A stretch of 64,000 nt of DNA from Candidatus Aenigmatarchaeota archaeon. GTDB taxonomy: Archaea > Aenigmatarchaeota > Aenigmatarchaeia > Aenigmatarchaeales > JACQIB01. Below are positions 9,143 through 17,506 of this stretch, piece by piece. Position numbers and translations under genes: made by a program. The stretch spans positions 32,001-96,000 of the forward strand of contig JACQIB010000005.1 in the NCBI GenBank assembly GCA_016198755.1, written 5' to 3'. Position 1 is the first letter of the stretch; every line of letters starts with the position of its first letter. The notes beneath the pieces are model-generated. The model was not told the origin of the DNA. It was given only the letters and a program-made list of their open reading frames with translations, and ran no database searches.

Positions 9143-9811
9143 ATGGGAGCAAGGTTTATTGTATTCGAGGGGTTAGACTCTGCAGGGAAAAAAACGCAGA
9201 TAAAATTGTTTCTTGAAAGGCTGAAAAAACCTGTTGAGCTGTTGGATTTTCCTGCTTACAGCACAAGGTTTGGGGCTGTTGTTGGAGCTTACCTGAGAGG
9301 GGAGTTTGGGAAGAAAGAAGAGGTTGGGGCAGAGCTTTCTGCACTTCTCTATAGTTTGGATAGATACCAGTTTAAGGAGCGCATGTGGGATGCGATTGCG
9401 CAGGGAAAGATTTTGGTTTCAAACAGGTTCACACATTCAAATTTGTTTCAGGCTGCTAAGCTGCCTGAGGGGGAGTGGATAAAGTTTTTAGAATGGATAG
9501 AAATGATAGACTCGCGCATGCCAAAGCCTGATGTTGTTGTTTTTCTGGATATGCCACCTGAGGTTGGGCAGAAACTTGGGCACAAAACTGAAGGAAAGGA
9601 AGGGGGGCTGGAAGGGAGGGACTATTTGAAAGGAAAACAGTTTGATATACATGAGGAGGACAGAGAGTTCCAAGCAAAGGTAAGGAGAGCCTATTTGAAA
9701 GCTGCTGAGAAAGAGGGCTGGATTGTTGTTTTCTGTGCTGAGAATGGGACCCCAAGGAAGCCTGAGGATATAGCTGCAGATATATGGAAAAGGCTGGAAC
9801 CATTGCTTTAG
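9143..9811 (+). CDS. tmk: Thymidylate kinase
   Basis: FIVFEGLDSAGKKTQ, FPAY, LYSLDR, SNRF, PKPDVVVFLD, DIHE. Confidence 0.9.
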   Translation: MGARFIVFEGLDSAGKKTQIKLFLERLKKPVELLDFPAYSTRFGAVVGAYLRGEFGKKEEVGAELSALLYSLDRYQFKERMWDAIAQGKILVSNRFTHSNLFQAAKLPEGEWIKFLEWIEMIDSRMPKPDVVVFLDMPPEVGQKLGHKTEGKEGGLEGRDYLKGKQFDIHEEDREFQAKVRRAYLKAAEKEGWIVVFCAENGTPRKPEDIAADIWKRLEPLL

Positions 9812-9848
9812 GTAGGCTTTAAAAGGTTTTCTCTTGTTAAAACTTTCC

Positions 9849-10277
9849 ATGGGAGAGATTGAAGTTAGCAGTATGATCGCTGATGTGGATCTAGAGCTGA
9901 ATGGGAAACCAACACCTCTATATTTGGCTGCATTTATAGAAGACCCGCAGAAAAAGGGACAATATAAGTTTAGGAGATTTGTTGGCCAGCCTTTTGAGGG
10001 TAGTGTAGACGTTAGGGATGGAAAACCAAATGTTAGAAGAAAGATGGAAATGAATTTTTTCTGGCCAACCTTCTTGGACCATTATTATGCTGAAGCAGAG
10101 CTGCCAGGAGCTGTTAAGGCTGCGATGGGGTATGAGGCAATGATGGACCCTGCTGCCAGCGCATGTGTAGGTATTGGAAAATGGAATGGTAGAACCAGTA
10201 TAGAATTTAATATTTTTTCACAGCTTGTTTGGATAAGATATCAAGAAGCTATAAACAAAGTAGATGTAAAAGGTTAG
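9849..10277 (+). CDS. Hypothetical protein
   Basis: TTTAAAAG box about 25 nt upstream of ATG 9849. Confidence 0.55.
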   Translation: MGEIEVSSMIADVDLELNGKPTPLYLAAFIEDPQKKGQYKFRRFVGQPFEGSVDVRDGKPNVRRKMEMNFFWPTFLDHYYAEAELPGAVKAAMGYEAMMDPAASACVGIGKWNGRTSIEFNIFSQLVWIRYQEAINKVDVKG

Positions 10278-10337
10278 AAAACCAGCCGTTGCATTTGTTT
10301 TTAACTTGAATTTAAGGTTTTCTATTAGATAGTAGGA

Positions 10338-10799
10338 ATGGTAAAACTAAATGTGGGGAATGGGAGACCGCTGATTGAACTCCATCTATTAGAGCCCCCG
10401 TTCTATAGGAACTTGTGTGCATTTGTCTGGAATCCGCACACTAACAACTATATTCCTTATCGTATAGTTCCGGAGAGGAAATGGGAAACAGGTAATATGG
10501 ATTATTTTTATTTGTCAGAGCTGGACATACCAGGCCTGCCTGTTGTAACAGGCAAAAACCTTAGAGAGGGATTTAGTATGTTAATCAGCGAGGAAAGAAA
10601 AGTAAGAGACTGTGGGGAAGCGCACGAATTTTCATGCATAGGAGCTGCTTTGTTTTCAGGGAATGGACATACAGACACTGATCAGATAGCTGTTATGGCT
10701 GGCAGAAAATACCTTCATTTAAGGGGTATGCTTTTGCTGGAGGAGTTTTCTGACGCTCCTGAATGGTTTGTAGATAATAGGCGGGAATTTGTTTTCTAA
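10338..10799 (+). CDS. Hypothetical protein
   Basis: 153-aa ORF with its own TATA-like element. Confidence 0.55.
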   Translation: MVKLNVGNGRPLIELHLLEPPFYRNLCAFVWNPHTNNYIPYRIVPERKWETGNMDYFYLSELDIPGLPVVTGKNLREGFSMLISEERKVRDCGEAHEFSCIGAALFSGNGHTDTDQIAVMAGRKYLHLRGMLLLEEFSDAPEWFVDNRREFVF

Positions 10800-10864
10800 A
10801 GAAAATTTGCTGCTAAAACTGCCAATAGCAAAGGTTGAAAAAGGTATACATTAGAATAGTGGGT

Positions 10865-11359
10865 ATGGCAGAGTACAAAACAAGCACTACGCTGGATGAG
10901 GCAGATATTGTTTTAAACAGTGCTGGGGTAAAGGAAATTTTAGACGTTGGAAAAAGAGGACAAATAGAGGTTTTTACTTCTGAGAAGGATTTGGGGGATT
11001 TGGTTGCGGATTATAGATGGGGATATGTTTTATGGAGGGATGATGATCCTATGGATAAATTAAAGGAAATTTTATATCCTGGGGAGCTGAGGGAGGCTTT
11101 GACAAAAACCCAGTTAAAGGATGTTATTTCACTTGCTGCACATATGCTTTATCGCAGGGATATTTTTGTTACAACAAACAGGCTTATACTGGAAAAGCGG
11201 AGGGAACTTTCTGAAAAACTGGGGGTAAGGATTATGGAACCGCTGGAGTTCCTTAAGTTTATGAATATTGAACAGGGTAAAACAGAAACAGAGTATTCCA
11301 CTGGGGAGAGTAAGGAAGAGGAATTTTTGAAGGCTATGGAAGGGGAGGGAAAGGCTTAA
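10865..11359 (+). CDS. PIN-domain-like hypothetical protein
   Basis: DVISLAAH..RDIFVTTN..LGVRIMEP.EF resembles PIN C-termini; ATG start at 10865 inferred. Confidence 0.5.
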   Translation: MAEYKTSTTLDEADIVLNSAGVKEILDVGKRGQIEVFTSEKDLGDLVADYRWGYVLWRDDDPMDKLKEILYPGELREALTKTQLKDVISLAAHMLYRRDIFVTTNRLILEKRRELSEKLGVRIMEPLEFLKFMNIEQGKTETEYSTGESKEEEFLKAMEGEGKA

Positions 11360-11383
11360 ATTGCACTGGGTTGAATTTTTCTT

Positions 11384-12040
11384 ATGGAAAGGAAACCTAT
11401 AATGGCTGCTGAGATTATAGAGCGGTACAGGAACGGGGAAAGGGATTTTTCAGGTGTTGTTCTAAAATCTGGAGACCTTTCAGGATCAAGTTTAAAGGGT
11501 ATAATACTGAAAGACTCAGATCTTTCAGACACTAATTTTTCAAATACAGACCTTACAGGAGCTGATTTTTCAGAATCTGTTTTGCAGAGGGCAATATTCC
11601 GCGGTGCAAACCTGCGCAGTACTGTTTTCTTCAAGGCTGATTTGGCTTGGGCAAACATGAGGGAAACTTTCATGGACAATACTGATTTCCGCTCTGCAAA
11701 CCTGCTTTGGGCGCACTTATGCAAGTCTGATATGGCATCTGCAAAAATAGACGGGGCAAACCTCTCCTGGTCATGTTTAGCTGACTCAAAACTTTCCCTT
11801 GAACAAATGGCTGAAATAGAAGGGGAAACAATGAAATCAATAAGAACCACAGATTATGGCTCTCATCAGTCTATAGATCAGAGGGAAGAGGAGGCTGGAG
11901 CACAGGCTCCTACAATATTGGGTATTTACAAGGGGACTGGAGGAGAAAAACATGTTACTCTGGGTATTTACAATTCCGGCGGGGAAGAGGGAACTCCTTT
12001 AGGACTGTATTTGACAAAGAAGCAGAGATGGGACGACTAG
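11384..12040 (+). CDS. Pentapeptide repeat protein
   Basis: Y.NGERDF start followed by many A(D/N)LxX units. Confidence 0.9.
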   Translation: MERKPIMAAEIIERYRNGERDFSGVVLKSGDLSGSSLKGIILKDSDLSDTNFSNTDLTGADFSESVLQRAIFRGANLRSTVFFKADLAWANMRETFMDNTDFRSANLLWAHLCKSDMASAKIDGANLSWSCLADSKLSLEQMAEIEGETMKSIRTTDYGSHQSIDQREEEAGAQAPTILGIYKGTGGEKHVTLGIYNSGGEEGTPLGLYLTKKQRWDD

Positions 12041-12110
12041 ATTATTGCCATAATTTTGTGTAAAAAGGCGAAAGAAAAGGTTTATAAGCTTTTGTTATTA
12101 AGAAAGGAGT

Positions 12111-13601
12111 ATGGTGGATTTTACTGAACAACGGGTGGAAAAGCTCGAAGGTTCTGTGCAGGGGATAGAAGAAAGGGTTGCAGAGCTGTTCCAGCGCGCG
12201 GGCGGGAAGGATTTGGAAAAGCTTGAGGGTTTTAAAACTCTGGAAAAGAGAATTTCTGAAATTGAGAAGCAGAAAAGGGAAATAACTGTTTTAAAGGGAA
12301 GAATAAAGGAATTGGAAGGTTCTGTGGAAATAGGGGAAGAAAAAAGGACTGATATTACAAAGAGATTGGAGGGTGTAGAGGCGTCAAGCACAGCTATTGT
12401 TTCTCTTGAAAAGAAGGATAGGAAATTAATGGGAAGTATTAAACAACTGGAAGCAAGATATGGAACGCTGGATAGTTTACAGGGGAAGATTATAGGGCTG
12501 GAGAAGGGGGATAGAGTTCTTGGAAGGAAATTGGAAGCAGTAAAAGTTGGGGAAAAGGATGTTGAAAGGCTTGATAGTAAAATAGAGAAATCCAATTCAG
12601 AAACACAAAGGTTCGGCTCCACGATTTTGGTTTTCATGGAGGATATTAACAGAGTTTTGAGCGAGTTTAAATCAGGTGTTTCACGCTGGGTTGGTACAGC
12701 TGATAAGAGAATGGATAAAATAGAATTCAAAATAGAGTCTATACCTGAGCTAAGGGAAGAGCTGATTTCTGCAGACAGGAGAATATCCTCGTCACTGAGA
12801 AAACAGAACAAAAGGCTGGAAGATATGGACAGGCAGGTTGTTTCATTTGTTGGGAGGCAGGACAGGAAGCTGGAGGATATACGCGTAAATCTTTTTTCAG
12901 AACTTGAGAAAGGGGAAGGAAAATCAAAGAACAATATAGAGTTAATAGAGAGGAGAATACATGAGAGGCTGGATAGGCTGGGAAACAGCATGCTTAAAGA
13001 CTTTGATAAGCTGGAAGTTGTAACTGATAAGAGATTTTCTGAACTATCCGGAGAGATAGATTCTCTGAGAGCTGGTGCAAAGAAAGCTTTTGTGCTAGAG
13101 AAAAGGTTTGAGGACTTTGACAGGTCTGTTGTAAGGTTTGGAAAACAGCAGGAATCAGCAAAATCCGGACTGGAACGCCTACAGGAGCAGTTAAAATCAA
13201 ATATTTCTGAATTGAAGAGTGAGTTAACTGTTTCAAAGGGACTTGAGGTTTCAGTTAAACAACTTTCCGAGAAAGTGCTTGATATTGAAAAGAAGAAAGA
13301 AGAGATGCTAAAACAGTTAAATGAGAAAACACTGAGCAGGGAAGAGCTGAAAGCTCTGGAAGAAAGCTTTAACAGGTCTGTTGGAAACCTGCAGTCTGAA
13401 CTCCAGAATTGGAGAGGGGAGATTCAGAGCCTGAAAGAAAGGGCTCAAAAGTTAGAAGAGCTGGAAGGCTGGAAGATGTCTACTGAAGGAAGGGTTTTGG
13501 CTATAGAGGAGACTGTTGGAAAGGTTGATAAAACAGACTTGGAAGACCTTGTTAGGAGAGCTGTAGAAGAACAGCTTGCACCTAAAGGGACTGCTGTCTA
13601 G
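12111..13601 (+). CDS. Long coiled-coil protein
   Basis: E/K/L-rich heptads throughout 496 aa; SD-like AAGGAG upstream. Confidence 0.7.
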   Translation: MVDFTEQRVEKLEGSVQGIEERVAELFQRAGGKDLEKLEGFKTLEKRISEIEKQKREITVLKGRIKELEGSVEIGEEKRTDITKRLEGVEASSTAIVSLEKKDRKLMGSIKQLEARYGTLDSLQGKIIGLEKGDRVLGRKLEAVKVGEKDVERLDSKIEKSNSETQRFGSTILVFMEDINRVLSEFKSGVSRWVGTADKRMDKIEFKIESIPELREELISADRRISSSLRKQNKRLEDMDRQVVSFVGRQDRKLEDIRVNLFSELEKGEGKSKNNIELIERRIHERLDRLGNSMLKDFDKLEVVTDKRFSELSGEIDSLRAGAKKAFVLEKRFEDFDRSVVRFGKQQESAKSGLERLQEQLKSNISELKSELTVSKGLEVSVKQLSEKVLDIEKKKEEMLKQLNEKTLSREELKALEESFNRSVGNLQSELQNWRGEIQSLKERAQKLEELEGWKMSTEGRVLAIEETVGKVDKTDLEDLVRRAVEEQLAPKGTAV

Positions 13602-13617
13602 TTGCCTATGTTTTTAT

Positions 13618-13657
13618 TGTTCGCTTTTTCGAACATATGTTCGATTTTTCGAACATA
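13618..13657. repeat. Tandem 20-bp palindromic repeat containing TCGAACATATGTTCGA
   Basis: TGTTCG(C/A)TTTTTCGAACATA x2; perfect 16-bp palindrome at 13629-13644. Confidence 0.9.
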
Positions 13658-13698
13658 TATCCTTGGAGATTTGCTGAGGGGAAATGTGGGGCTGAATA

Positions 13699-13992
13699 TC
13701 ACTTGCGCCCTAAAACAATTTCTATTGAGCTTACATTCAGCATCTGCCCATCTTTGCTTTCAAGTTCCTCTGTTCCTATTACTATATTCTTAACTGAAGC
13801 GTCCTTTACAAACTTGTTCCTTACAACCTCAGCCACATCCACTGCCTGGGAAATTGTTCTCCCTCTGGCCCTTATAGTAATCTCTGAATTTCCCTCACTT
13901 AACTGGGTTATGCAGGCAAGTACATATGCCATGGTTGGTTTTTTCCCTATATAGACTGTATTTGTTTTGTTCTTTTGTTTTGTTTGATCCAT
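13699..13992 (-). CDS. albA: DNA/RNA-binding protein Alba
   Basis: [38 protein letters not shown]. Confidence 0.97.
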   Translation of the reverse strand: MDQTKQKNKTNTVYIGKKPTMAYVLACITQLSEGNSEITIRARGRTISQAVDVAEVVRNKFVKDASVKNIVIGTEELESKDGQMLNVSSIEIVLGRK

Positions 13993-14054
13993 AACTGTAC
14001 ACCTCTTGTTTTACTGTAAAACTGTTAAAAACGGGAAACTATTTAAAACAAAGC

Positions 14055-14423
14055 TTATGTGGTTGCTGTTACTCCTGCTTTCTGTTTTGGTGCAGGTAAG
14101 TTAGTGCAGCCGCATACAATAACCTTGCAGTATGCTTCTGCATCTTCATATTTGCTGGAATCTGGTTTCTCTTCACAATAAGTAGACAGTGATCTTTCAG
14201 AACCTGTAGGCCAGTCTATTGTAACACCAGAAGTTGAGCCCACACACCCGCCTGTTTTCAATGTTCCGCAGGCTTTGTTAACTGCAGAAAGCTCAGCCAA
14301 AAGACCGGTTGGACCTGAGGTTGTTACAACATAAAGCAGTATCAAACCTAAAAGTACAATAACAGCTATAGCCAGAATAACCAGAACATTAACAGGGAGT
14401 TCCACTCCTTTCAGGTTTCGCAT
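14055..14423 (-). CDS. Type IV pilin-like protein (class III signal peptide)
   Basis: MRNLKG|VELPVN then hydrophobic helix; 6 Cys. Confidence 0.8.
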   Translation of the reverse strand: MRNLKGVELPVNVLVILAIAVIVLLGLILLYVVTTSGPTGLLAELSAVNKACGTLKTGGCVGSTSGVTIDWPTGSERSLSTYCEEKPDSSKYEDAEAYCKVIVCGCTNLPAPKQKAGVTATT

Positions 14424-14463
14424 AGCTATTCTTTTGTCAGGGTTGGTTTATAAATCTGTACCT

Positions 14464-14772
14464 TTATGCCCCTGGGCACTTGCATATAGCTTTACAGTCC
14501 TGCCCTGCGTATTTATCTGCACAGAGAGCTCCAAGGTTGTCTCCAGATCCGCCTGTCTGCCCATCTTGATTTACATCATAATCCACGCTTATTTCTGTAA
14601 GGTCAGAAACCTTACCGCAGCCAATTGTCTGCAGTTTAAAGCAGCCAGAATTAATTGCTTGCTGCCAGCCAAGATCTTTCGGGAACATTATAACAAATAT
14701 AGCAATAACTGCAATTAGGACGATAATAGCTATTAACAATATAACGGTTGTGTTTACTGGGAGCTCAGGCAT
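14464..14772 (-). CDS. Pilin-like protein, paralog of 14055-14423
   Basis: MPELPVNTTVILLIA; C..L...GC and CK.I..C pattern shared. Confidence 0.75.
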   Translation of the reverse strand: MPELPVNTTVILLIAIIVLIAVIAIFVIMFPKDLGWQQAINSGCFKLQTIGCGKVSDLTEISVDYDVNQDGQTGGSGDNLGALCADKYAGQDCKAICKCPGA

Positions 14773-14802
14773 CCTTCTGTTTTGTCCTGCCTGAATATAA
14801 GG

Positions 14803-15828
14803 CTAACCCTTTGGGAAGGTAAAGTCAGATCTGGCTTCAAACTTTAGCTCCATGTTCACAGCAGCAACCCCCTTCCCTTCTGCTACTGTTCCCTTCTCTG
14901 TGGATAGGGCAGGAGCATAGCTTTTAGGGTCTTTTATTGAAACAGAAGTTTTAACATAAAGGTTTCTATTTGCCCCTACAACAGCATCCTCAACACTGCT
15001 CGTTATTGTATACTCATATCCGTACTTTTCTTTTAACTTTTGGGCAATTGCTTTGTTTACTTCTGAAAGCAATGGTATTGCTTTTTCCCTTGTTGGATCT
15101 GAAAGGCTGGAAATACCCGGCTTATTGGAAAAACCGCAGTACTGGGAGAAATTAAGCATATCCTGTATTTTTGCTGTTGCTTCGCTGGAAACAGCTATGT
15201 CTGTTCCATTTACCCTGCATTTATCAGAGACTTGCAAAATAGAGTTAGAGACAGAAGCTGTGCCTGTCCAGTATTCACCCTCAAACAGCCTTCTGCCTGC
15301 ATCAAAAACTTGGTAGAAATTGCTGTTTACTGTTATTATATAGGCGTTGTCAAGCTTGTTTGTTATTGTTTCTTTTGAATCTGAAGCTGTAACTGGAAGG
15401 GAAGCTGAGATAAGAAAGCAGGATTTGTCTGCACAGGGTTTGGGCTGGTTGAGTTCTAAAGTTCCAAATTTCAGCTTTTTATTTCCCATATCTACAGTCT
15501 CCCTTGGAAAGCTTTCTATTATACCCCTTCTGAGTTCATCTGTAGCCAAAGCTTCTGAGGGCTCAGCCAGAGTCCAAACCCTAGGGAAGCGCAGCCCGCT
15601 GTTCTGCAGATTCTCATAAGCCTGCCTCTCAGCTACATATTCTATTGAAGCTTCTGCAGCAGAGGAAGTTGCAGCTGCAAGGTCAGAAATCTTTATTATA
15701 TTTGCTGAATTGTCTATCACTGTTACAACAACTGATTTGGTTGTTAAAAGGTATAAAAGTGTTACAGCGGAAATAAGTATTATTGCCCCGAGAATCCCCC
15801 ATACCATTATTGTTCCTTTCATTCTCAT
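14803..15828 (-). CDS. Minor pilin-like protein
   Basis: MRMKG| plus TM helix; S/T-rich extracellular region. Confidence 0.7.
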   Translation of the reverse strand: MRMKGTIMVWGILGAIILISAVTLLYLLTTKSVVVTVIDNSANIIKISDLAAATSSAAEASIEYVAERQAYENLQNSGLRFPRVWTLAEPSEALATDELRRGIIESFPRETVDMGNKKLKFGTLELNQPKPCADKSCFLISASLPVTASDSKETITNKLDNAYIITVNSNFYQVFDAGRRLFEGEYWTGTASVSNSILQVSDKCRVNGTDIAVSSEATAKIQDMLNFSQYCGFSNKPGISSLSDPTREKAIPLLSEVNKAIAQKLKEKYGYEYTITSSVEDAVVGANRNLYVKTSVSIKDPKSYAPALSTEKGTVAEGKGVAAVNMELKFEARSDFTFPKG

Positions 15829-15832
15829 TTTT

Positions 15833-16312
15833 TCACCCCGTTAAAAGCTCCAGTTTTGTTACAGAGCCATCAGCCAGAACAACAGGAACTGAGGCACTGT
15901 TTATCCTGCGCGTTAAAAGATCAGAATCTCCTGCTATTATAACCTCAGGTTCTGTTGTACGCAGCAGGAAACTGGAAGAACCTGTAAGCTCCTTCAAATC
16001 CTCTTCCATTTCAGTTTTCGGGTTTAAAACTTTCCCTCTTACTAAAATATCCTTTCCTCTCCCTTGGCTTGCTGCAGCAACAACCAGCTCTTTCATTTGT
16101 ATCCCTTCGGGGGTTTTAACCTCTAAAAAGGAAAGTAAAGCTGCGTCTGTTTTAACAGGCTCCTGCAAAACATTTACAGTAACGCTTATCCTTACTAACT
16201 GAATATCTAAAAGCACAGCATAGAACACTGCTGTAACTATTGCTGTCCCAAATATTATCATTACCAAAAAGAGGAATGTTGCACTGAAAAGCCCAATTCC
16301 TTTCTGCTTCAT
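15833..16312 (-). CDS. Minor pilin-like protein
   Basis: MKQKG| plus TM helix. Confidence 0.7.
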   Translation of the reverse strand: MKQKGIGLFSATFLFLVMIIFGTAIVTAVFYAVLLDIQLVRISVTVNVLQEPVKTDAALLSFLEVKTPEGIQMKELVVAAASQGRGKDILVRGKVLNPKTEMEEDLKELTGSSSFLLRTTEPEVIIAGDSDLLTRRINSASVPVVLADGSVTKLELLTG

Positions 16313-16698
16313 AGTCCCACCTTCAGCACCGCTGGGTATACCCTACCCTCGCGGGTTTTTACTGCAACAGGAAGCTCAAACCCATATGGGTTACCGAGCT
16401 GCCAGGTTTTTGTTTTCCCTGTTACGGAAAACACTATATTCTGGCTTTTCAGGCAGCTCACGCTCTGGCTTGAAACAACAGAATCAAGCTTCTCCTCAGA
16501 GAAAACACCTATTTTTTCTGTTAAGCAGGAGGCTGAACTAAGCAGCTTTGCGAAATAGATTTCCTGTACATGTTCAGTGTTTGCGTATATATTAAAATTA
16601 TAGTGTACAACAACAAGGAATATTGCAAGTATAGTAATAATGCCAAAAATCATTGCAAGCATGTTTAGTATCCTTTCATCCAAATCTGTAATGTTCAT
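16309..16698 (-). CDS. Pilin-like single-TM protein
   Basis: Start MNITDL directly after the upstream stop; N-terminal TM; two Cys. Confidence 0.65.
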   Translation of the reverse strand: MNITDLDERILNMLAMIFGIITILAIFLVVVHYNFNIYANTEHVQEIYFAKLLSSASCLTEKIGVFSEEKLDSVVSSQSVSCLKSQNIVFSVTGKTKTWQLGNPYGFELPVAVKTREGRVYPAVLKVGL

Positions 16699-16699
16699 T

Positions 16700-17152
16700 C
16701 TAGTCAGCCTCCACTGAAACTTTACAGCCCTCACCTGATAGTTTTGTTATCCTTATCTCATGCCCAGGCCCTTTTGGTATTATAAGTTCTGATGGGGGAA
16801 CTGGGGTTAAAGAACATTCAGCTAGGGTAAGCTGCATTGGCTGCGCAGGCTTATAGTCTATTTTAACATCAAAAATTGGCACAACCTGCACGAATTCATT
16901 TCCTCCGGTTTTTGTAAACCTTAATTTAAGCGGATTTCCCTGCCCCTTGTATACAGCTGTAAATTCTCCTGGAGAAACTGAAGCTATGCTTATTGCTGTT
17001 GAAATAAAATTCTGGGCCTGTATAGGCTCTGCATATAACTGCAGAATTGCTGCGTTGGAAGCCACACCATCCGGACCAAATACTGTCCACAAGATAACTA
17101 CAACCAGAACAACTTCTGTAACAATATTGAAGTATACTCCTGAGCTTGCCAT
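16700..17152 (-). CDS. Pilin-like single-TM protein
   Basis: N-terminal hydrophobic helix; operonic. Confidence 0.65.
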   Translation of the reverse strand: MASSGVYFNIVTEVVLVVVILWTVFGPDGVASNAAILQLYAEPIQAQNFISTAISIASVSPGEFTAVYKGQGNPLKLRFTKTGGNEFVQVVPIFDVKIDYKPAQPMQLTLAECSLTPVPPSELIIPKGPGHEIRITKLSGEGCKVSVEAD

Positions 17153-17155
17153 ACA

Positions 17156-17506
17156 CTAAGATTCTGCACGTGAGAACAAAAGGCTTTTGGTTGCTCCCCC
17201 CAGCATGCTGAAAATAACCATTATAGCTGGCCCAAGCAAAAGAGAGAGGAAGTCTGAGGTTGGAAGGAAAATAAAAGGTAAAAATTCAGACAAAATAGGC
17301 AGGGAAAAATAAACAATAAGGAAGAGAATGCCTCCGAAAATAGAGGCTATAAAAGCGCTGAAAATATTTTTTGTAAAAGTTGGGCCGCGAGCTCCCAAAA
17401 ATCCAGTTGCTGCACCTGCAATAATAAAGTTCCATGGATAAATAAAAAACCCTAGCAAAAAGCCCAAACCAGCTCCTGCTATAGTTCCATAAAAGATATT
17501 TTTCAT
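17156..17506 (-). CDS. Small polytopic membrane protein
   Basis: Gly-rich hydrophobic helices (3-4 TM). Confidence 0.7.
   Translation of the reverse strand: MKNIFYGTIAGAGLGFLLGFFIYPWNFIIAGAATGFLGARGPTFTKNIFSAFIASIFGGILFLIVYFSLPILSEFLPFIFLPTSDFLSLLLGPAIMVIFSMLGGATKSLLFSRAES

Noticed and set aside
12098-12991. 297-aa Ser/Leu/Phe-rich antisense ORF (also 486-1058, 11356-11850, 25850-26419, 52073-52666)
   Set aside because: Typical antisense shadows of well-supported genes
13618-13657. CRISPR array (also considered for 38456-40111 and 60840-60938)
   Set aside because: Too few units, no unique spacers of regular length and no cas genes
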